This document shows positions 1 to 5,664 of a stretch of DNA of 12,216 bases, piece by piece; within the stretch, counting starts at the first letter, position 1; the number at the start of each line of letters is the position of its first letter. The notes beneath the pieces were generated by a model that did no database searches, was not told the origin of the DNA, and worked only from the letters and a program-made list of their open reading frames with translations. A program made the translations under genes and the position numbers. The DNA is from Methanobacteriaceae archaeon (GTDB lineage: Archaea; Methanobacteriota; Methanobacteria; Methanobacteriales; Methanobacteriaceae). The stretch covers positions 1 to 12,216 of the forward strand of contig PWMT01000095.1 of assembly GCA_003558085.1 (NCBI GenBank), read 5' to 3'.

Positions 1-1
1 A

Positions 2-82
2 GATAAATGTATTCTATGTGGGGTCTGTTCAACTAAATGTCCGGTAAGCGCTTTACGCTTAGAAAGAAAGGATATTTCCTGA
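2..82 (+). CDS. 3' end (5'-truncated by window) of a 4Fe-4S ferredoxin-domain protein, possibly a polyferredoxin
   Basis: Not in the ORF track. Frame from nt 2 reads DKCILCGVCSTKCPVSALRLERKDIS* (TGA 80-82), containing a perfect CxxCxxCxxxCP motif. Confidence 0.85.
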   Translation, partial: DKCILCGVCSTKCPVSALRLERKDIS

Positions 83-350
83 TTTCTTATAAATTATATT
101 AGATTCTCCTTGGATACCTATTTTTTTACTAATTACATTTTATAGAAGAGGGGTTTTATTGCATAGGGTTATATTAGTATTGGTTCTAAGTATTAAGCTC
201 CTAGATTTTCTATTTACTTAAATAAAACCTTTAACTTGTTATAGGAATCATTTTTCAAGTGATCCAATCCTCTTTTAAATTATATTTACTATGGAGATTT
301 AATAAATCATCCCCTGGATTTTGATGTTGAGGGGAAGGTAATCTAAGCGT

Positions 351-365
351 AGGTAAATTTAATAA
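351..365 (+). promoter_or_regulatory. Putative BRE/TATA promoter of the CBS gene
   Basis: AGGTAAA-TTTAATAA (TATA-like 358-365) about 130 nt upstream of the ATG. The AT-rich background limits certainty. Confidence 0.35.
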
Positions 366-490
366 TCTTTAAGTAATGTAATCTAGTAATAATAGACATG
401 ATGAGTATTTATCCTGATGATCATATTATTTGGCAAAAGATAACACCATCTCGTTACTATATAGGGGGATGAAAGTGGAGAGAATAAATC

Positions 491-1126
491 ATGAAGGTTA
501 AAGAAATTATGGATAAGGATTTTGTAAGTGTTTCTCCTCAGCAGGGACTGGAGGAAGCATCTCTAAAGATGGAGAAATATAGAAAATTTACCACTCCTGT
601 AGTTGATGAGAATATGAAATTAATCGGATGGATCACTACCCTGGATATTACCCGTGGATTCAGGGAAGGTAAAGAAACCATTCAAGAGATTATGCATAAC
701 AAGCAATCTGTACATCATGTCCATGAAAATGATCCTGCTCGTTTAGCTGTTTTAGAGTCAGCTAAACATAAATTAGTTAGCATGCCAGTTTTAAATGATG
801 AGGGTATTGTAGTGGGTCTGGTGCGCACCTATGATATTGTGGAAAACTTATCCCAGCTCTATGAAATCAAGGTTTATAAAATATTCAAGGCCATGGAACA
901 GGAACTTAAGGGAGTAAGCTGGGATGAACTGATGGAAGCTGCAGCTATCATCACCCGTAGAAGAACCGGCCATCGGATCAAACCAGAAGAATACGAACAA
1001 AGAATAAGAGAATCCACTTTCGGTGAAGCTATATGGGCTACCGGGGGTTTGGAAAAATTCTTTGTGGGTTTAATTGCTATTGGAGAACTGGTTATTGCTC
1101 GTAAAGTGGCTAGGGCTCGAAAATAG
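491..1126 (+). CDS. CBS domain-containing protein (CBS pair plus ~85-aa C-terminal domain of unknown function)
   Basis: Two CBS signatures: MKVKEIM...TPVVDENMKLIGWITTLDI and IQEIM...MPVLNDEGIVVGLVRTYDI. GGAG SD at 477-480. Confidence 0.9.
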   Translation: MKVKEIMDKDFVSVSPQQGLEEASLKMEKYRKFTTPVVDENMKLIGWITTLDITRGFREGKETIQEIMHNKQSVHHVHENDPARLAVLESAKHKLVSMPVLNDEGIVVGLVRTYDIVENLSQLYEIKVYKIFKAMEQELKGVSWDELMEAAAIITRRRTGHRIKPEEYEQRIRESTFGEAIWATGGLEKFFVGLIAIGELVIARKVARARK

Positions 1127-1372
1127 TCATACCTTGGAAGATGCCTTGCCTGAAAGATTTTAAACTCACATACTGCTTAATTTAGTGATGCACTTTAAAT
1201 TTAAATCTTATTTTAGGGTGCTCTTTTCTAATTTATTCTTAAATAAGCTTTACTTAAATGTAAGATCAATTTTATTTTACTATTCTTTATTTAATCTCTT
1301 TCTACCATTTTTTTTATAATATGGGTATTAATTTGTGGGAATTATTTTTCTTTTATAGGCTAGAGCTAAGGG

Positions 1373-1387
1373 CAAAGACTTATATAA
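1373..1387 (+). promoter_or_regulatory. BRE/TATA promoter of the Cys-rich peptide gene
   Basis: CAAAGAC followed by TTATATAA (1380-1387), a consensus archaeal TATA box ~95 nt before the ATG at 1481. Confidence 0.6.
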
Positions 1388-1392
1388 TATTG

Positions 1393-1426
1393 TTCGCATA
1401 ATATAATACATTCGCCAATTACCGAA
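1393..1426. promoter_or_regulatory. Candidate repressor operator TTCG-N8-CGAA plus an extra TTCG half-site (MsvR-box-like)
   Basis: TTCG 1393-1396; TTCG 1411-1414, 8 nt spacer, CGAA 1423-1426. It flanks the expected start site, and CG is rare in this intergenic DNA. Confidence 0.5.
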
Positions 1427-1480
1427 CTAAAATTAGGAGGGGATTTTTTCCCTCCTCCATCTTTAAAGGGGGAATTTTAC

Positions 1481-1699
1481 ATGAAATTTGAAGAAATAAA
1501 TAAACAATGCCCACTATGTAAATGCCAGGATAAAAGCATATCCCGTAAAAGAACATCAGATTTAAATGAAGATACCTTTTACATTCGTCACATACCCCAA
1601 GGCACTGTGGGTGTAATCCGATGCTCAGAATGCGGACACATCTTTGAATACTGTCATGATAGTAAAATGCCAGTGAAGGTAAAAAAGATCCAAATATAA
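1481..1699 (+). CDS. Small Cys-rich zinc-ribbon-like peptide, TIGR04165-like (methanogen family)
   Basis: 72 aa, 6 Cys: CPLCKC...CSECGHIFEYC. Has a GGGGGA SD, its own TATA box and a downstream T-run. Confidence 0.8.
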   Translation: MKFEEINKQCPLCKCQDKSISRKRTSDLNEDTFYIRHIPQGTVGVIRCSECGHIFEYCHDSKMPVKVKKIQI

Positions 1700-1759
1700 A
1701 TATCTTCATAAACTCTGTTCTAAGCACTGAAAACTCAAATTAATTAAATTATAGTCTTA

Positions 1760-1768
1760 TTTTTTTTT
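1760..1768 (+). terminator. Oligo-T archaeal terminator candidate after the Cys-rich peptide gene
   Basis: T9 run about 60 nt after the stop codon. Confidence 0.4.
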
Positions 1769-2057
1769 AAATAAAAGTCTAAAACATTACTTTAAAAAAA
1801 AGAAGTTTATTATCACTTAAATTAGTTCTTTTTTTCCTTTTTCCTTTTTAAGTATGAATCTAAATGGAAATACTTTTTTATTAATATTAAAGTAGGTTAA
1901 ATAGCTGTTATTTAAGGCTTATTCCCTACTTTTTAGATTTTTAAACCCTTTAAATATTAAATAAATATAAGCTGCAATTTAACTAGAAGGTAAAATCTAA
2001 ATAAATAAAAAGATAAAAATAATCTCAAAGTTAACTTAAATCAATTAATTATTAGAT

Positions 2058-2128
2058 GCCAAGATGACCGAGAGGCGAGGTGCGTGGCTGCAAACCATGA
2101 TACTTGGGTTCAAATCCCAATCTTGGCT
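2058..2128 (+). tRNA. tRNA-Cys(GCA), intronless, CCA not encoded
   Basis: Acceptor GCCAAGA/TCTTGGC with U73 discriminator; D stem ACC/GGT; anticodon stem CGTGG/CCATG with loop CT-GCA-AA (anticodon 2090-2092); variable loop ATAC; T arm TTGGG-TTCAAAT-CCCAA. Confidence 0.97.
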
Positions 2129-2135
2129 TAACTTA

Positions 2136-2144
2136 TTTTTTTTT
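2136..2144 (+). terminator. Oligo-T terminator of tRNA-Cys
   Basis: T9 run starting 8 nt after the discriminator base. Confidence 0.6.
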
Positions 2145-2207
2145 AAAATATTTCATAAACATATTATTATACTAAAACGCTAATTATAGGATGGTAGGTA
2201 AAAAACT

Positions 2208-3584
2208 ATGCTCTATATCTACAACACCCTAAGCCAGAGAAGGGAACCATTTCAAGCGGTTAAGGATCAAGTAGTAAAACTATTCGTCTGCGGCCCCACC
2301 GTCTATGAAGATGCTCATATAGGCCATGCCCGAACTTACATCTCCTTTGACATAATTAAACGTTATCTTCAATATAAGGGGTATACGGTTTATTATCTGC
2401 AAAATATTACCGATATTGATGATAAAATCATTAAAAGATCCCAAAAACTAGGCTTAGATCCCCTTAAATTAGCCCGCAAATATGAAAAAAGATACCATCA
2501 GGATATGGAAAAATTAGGGGTTAACCAGGTTAACTTTTTCCCCCGGGCCAGTGAACATATAGATCAAATAATAGGCCAGATTCAAACCTTAATCCAGAAG
2601 GGATATGCTTACCCCACTCCGAGGGGTGTTTACTTCGATATCAGTCAATTTCCAGATTATGGTAAACTTTCCCGGCGTAAAGTGGAGGACTTGAATGTAT
2701 CCCGTCTTGAAACTGATCCTTATAAAAAAAATCAAGGAGATTTTGCTTTATGGAAACTAAGGGATGAGGGGCCACTATGGGATTCTCCTTGGGGTTCAGG
2801 TAGGCCGGGGTGGCATATTGAAGATACTGCTATTACCGAAGAATATCTAGGCTCCCAATATGATATTCATGGTGGTGGATTGGATCTTATATTCCCCCAT
2901 CATGAAGCAGAAATAGCGCAGATGGAATCAGCCTCAGGCAAAATTCCCATGGTAGCTTATTGGATGCACACCGGTTTTTTAAATGTTTCTGGAGAAAAGA
3001 TGTCCAAATCTCTGGGAAATTTTATCACCATCCGGGATTTATTGGAAAACCACCACTCCCAGGTCTTCCGTTTTTTCGTATTATCCACTCACTACCGCAG
3101 CCCCATCGATTTTTCCATAAAAGCATTGGAACAATCTGCTAAAAGTTTTACTAGAATAAAAAAATTAGTTAATCGACTCTACCAATTATTAGATGAAGAT
3201 TTAAAGGAAAGTGCTGAGGAACCCTTCCAGGGATGGTTACAAGAATATAAAGAACAGTTTTTCCATTATATGGATCAAGATTTTAACACACCCCCGGCCC
3301 TGGCAGCAGTGTTTAAATTAACCCGCAAAATAAATCAGGCCTTAGCACAAACTAAACCATCACTACCTGTCTTAAAGAATATATTATCATTCTTCCATGA
3401 TTTAGAAGAAATTCTGGGTTTGCAATTACGAGCAGAAGATGAAGAGCACCGCGTGGATGAATCAGCAGAATTATTAGAACTTATTCTACATATCCGTGAA
3501 AAATTACGTGAAGAGAAAGAATGGGAATTAGCTGATAAGATCAGAGCTAAATTAATAGATTTAGGATATGAAATTCAAGATTGA
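2208..3584 (+). CDS. cysS: Cysteine--tRNA ligase (class I CysRS)
   Basis: CGPTVY, HIGH, NITDIDDKII, DFALWK, GRPGWHIE, DIHGGGLDLIFPHHEAE, KMSKSLGN, DFNTP and the C-terminal ADKIR anticodon-binding motif. Confidence 0.98.
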   Translation: MLYIYNTLSQRREPFQAVKDQVVKLFVCGPTVYEDAHIGHARTYISFDIIKRYLQYKGYTVYYLQNITDIDDKIIKRSQKLGLDPLKLARKYEKRYHQDMEKLGVNQVNFFPRASEHIDQIIGQIQTLIQKGYAYPTPRGVYFDISQFPDYGKLSRRKVEDLNVSRLETDPYKKNQGDFALWKLRDEGPLWDSPWGSGRPGWHIEDTAITEEYLGSQYDIHGGGLDLIFPHHEAEIAQMESASGKIPMVAYWMHTGFLNVSGEKMSKSLGNFITIRDLLENHHSQVFRFFVLSTHYRSPIDFSIKALEQSAKSFTRIKKLVNRLYQLLDEDLKESAEEPFQGWLQEYKEQFFHYMDQDFNTPPALAAVFKLTRKINQALAQTKPSLPVLKNILSFFHDLEEILGLQLRAEDEEHRVDESAELLELILHIREKLREEKEWELADKIRAKLIDLGYEIQD

Positions 3585-3623
3585 TTAGAGCAAGTTTGTT
3601 TTAACACCCACCAACTTTAATTA

Positions 3624-3640
3624 ACAATAGTTATATATAT
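3624..3640 (+). promoter_or_regulatory. Distal TATA-box candidate upstream of hdrC
   Basis: ACAATAG-TTATATATAT, about 310 nt upstream of hdrC. Confidence 0.4.
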
Positions 3641-3805
3641 TCCTAGTGGACATATAATAGTAATAATAACGTGAACTGGTTTTTGATGATAAAGGTGGAT
3701 AGGATTACTTTAAGAGGAAAATTATTACGACTATTTCTTATAAAAAATATTATTTTCTGACTATAAACTAATAATACATCCTTCTAATCCAGTTTAAAAA
3801 TTTAA

Positions 3806-3818
3806 GAAAGTATATAAA
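3806..3818 (+). promoter_or_regulatory. Proximal BRE/TATA promoter of hdrCBA
   Basis: GAAAG-TATATAAA is a good BRE+TATA match ~135 nt upstream of the likely hdrC start. Confidence 0.55.
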
Positions 3819-3949
3819 TTATAGTTAGTTAATACTCTTTACCCGAAAACTATAATGATACTAACAGTCACCTGCTAGTGGAGAGTGAGAAGGAAATCTA
3901 AATATAGTCCAACTCGAGTTCAAAAAAAAAAATGGAGAGGCGAGTTCCC

Positions 3950-4537
3950 ATGATGGAGAAAAAACATAAAAAATCTCAGCACTCTTTAGTTAGAGAAATT
4001 AAAGATAATCTTAGAGCATCTCCTGATCTGGGAATAAAAAGATGCATGCAATGTGGTTTATGTACATCTAATTGTCCTGCAGCCCGACATAGTGATTATG
4101 ATCCCCGGGAGATGGTGAAAAAAGTCTTGGATAATAACTTAGAAGTTCTGGATAATCCTGATATTTGGAACTGTTTCTACTGCTATACCTGTGCCAGTAA
4201 CTGCCCAGTTAATAACAGTCCCTCCCTAATCAACCAGATCTTAAGAGAAAAAATCTTAAATACTGGTGGAAACGTTTCCCGGGTCGCTGAATTTATAGAA
4301 TTTGGATATAATTATGTAGAAAAGGGAGTGGGAACCATACCTTCCACTTTTTTCCAGGATCTAGTTGATGATTTCGGGGAAGATTACCCGAAATTAAAAC
4401 ATGATTTACCTGATATCCGCCGGAAATTAGGTTTAAAAGAATATAATCTTAAAGGTGAAGCAGCAGCAGAAGTAAAAAATATTCTTAAAGCTTCTGGATT
4501 CACCCAGAGACTGGAAAAATTAAAAAAAATAGCTTGA
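3950..4537 (+). CDS. hdrC: CoB-CoM heterodisulfide reductase subunit C (2x[4Fe-4S])
   Basis: CMQCGLCTSNCP and IWNCFYCYTCASNCP motifs; adjacent to hdrB and hdrA. The ORF is open from 3932, but GGAGAGG (3934-3940) favours ATG 3950 or 3953. Confidence 0.93.
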   Translation: MMEKKHKKSQHSLVREIKDNLRASPDLGIKRCMQCGLCTSNCPAARHSDYDPREMVKKVLDNNLEVLDNPDIWNCFYCYTCASNCPVNNSPSLINQILREKILNTGGNVSRVAEFIEFGYNYVEKGVGTIPSTFFQDLVDDFGEDYPKLKHDLPDIRRKLGLKEYNLKGEAAAEVKNILKASGFTQRLEKLKKIA

Positions 4538-4640
4538 ATCAAATAGTTTTAGTATTAGACTATGATAAGTTTTATCCTCCTATTTAAAAAAGGTTCATTA
4601 ATATTCTCTTTTAGAAAAAAAATTAGAGGTATTGATATAG

Positions 4641-5576
4641 ATGAAAAACATACCCCATGAAAATATCCTTTTATTTAAAAGCTGCCTGGTTAATGTAGAA
4701 TATCCTGGAGTGGAGTCTTCTACCCGGTATCTTTTTGATCATTTAGGAGTGGAATATCAGGTTCATCCTGACCAATCCTGCTGCACTGGTCTGGGATATT
4801 ATTATGATCTATTTGACCAGTATTCTACTCTGGCCCTGGCTGCCCGTAATTTTTACCTAGCCCGAGAAAGTGAACATACTAATATCACCACTCTATGCGC
4901 CACCTGTTATGCTATACTAAAAAAATCACTCCATCTGCTTAACTCGAATGAAAAGGCTCGCAGCAAAGTTAATGAAATATTAGAGGAAGCTGGACTCTCC
5001 CATATGAAATACGAGGCAAATATGTTAAGTAGTGAAGAAAATATCTTCCATATAGTGGAAGTTTTATATTCTAAACGAGAGCAAATATCCCAAAAAATTA
5101 AAAAAGACTTTTCCAAGATTAAAGTGGCAAGTCACCATGCCTGTCACTACTGCAAAATTTATCCAGAACAGTCTATCACTTCCTCACGCAATCCCATGCT
5201 CTTGGACGAACTGGCAGATTGTTGCGGGGTAAAGGTAGTGGATTGGTATGATTTTAAAAAAGCAACTTGTGGAGCAGGTTTCAGTCAGAGATTCGCTAAC
5301 CGTGATCTTTCCTTATCAGCCACCCGGGATAAACTATATGCTCTGGAAGGAAAAGCAGATGTTCTGCTCCATATGTGCCCTAACTGTCAGATGCAATTCG
5401 ATCGTTATCAACCAGTACTGGAAAAAGAATTAGGTCGAAAAATAGGTTTAATACACTTGAATATAGCCCAATTAGCAGCTTTAGCTATGGGGGCAGATCC
5501 CTATGAGGTGGTAGGAATACAAACCCACACCATACCTGTAGAGGATCTTATAGATAAGATTAAGGATATTGAATAA
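4641..5576 (+). CDS. hdrB: CoB-CoM heterodisulfide reductase subunit B (CCG-domain protein, variant type)
   Basis: First CCG domain SCL...SCCTG...CATC; second HACH...TCGAG...CPNCQMQFD. GAGGT SD. Confidence 0.93.
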   Translation: MKNIPHENILLFKSCLVNVEYPGVESSTRYLFDHLGVEYQVHPDQSCCTGLGYYYDLFDQYSTLALAARNFYLARESEHTNITTLCATCYAILKKSLHLLNSNEKARSKVNEILEEAGLSHMKYEANMLSSEENIFHIVEVLYSKREQISQKIKKDFSKIKVASHHACHYCKIYPEQSITSSRNPMLLDELADCCGVKVVDWYDFKKATCGAGFSQRFANRDLSLSATRDKLYALEGKADVLLHMCPNCQMQFDRYQPVLEKELGRKIGLIHLNIAQLAALAMGADPYEVVGIQTHTIPVEDLIDKIKDIE

Positions 5577-5664
5577 GTTTTAAAATTAAATAGATAAATT
5601 TTAAAAAAAAATCTAATCAGAATAAAATTTTAAGCTCCTAATTAATTAATAAAAATATTTAATT

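Noticed and set aside
469-501. Short ORF MKVERINHEG overlapping the CBS start
   Set aside because: The G-run abuts the ATG with no SD spacing; likely chance.
1419-1727. 102-aa minus-strand ORF
   Set aside because: Antisense shadow of the Cys-rich peptide gene, which has the promoter, SD and family motifs; no recognisable domain.
2960-3142. 60-aa + strand ORF
   Set aside because: Out-of-frame inside cysS, no motifs.
3684-3760. Canonical box C/D guide sRNA
   Set aside because: No internal D'/C' boxes and spacing too long; kept only as a weak generic sRNA candidate.
4907-5433. ORFs 4907-5116 (-) and 5248-5433 (+)
   Set aside because: Both lie inside hdrB, in antisense or alternative frames.
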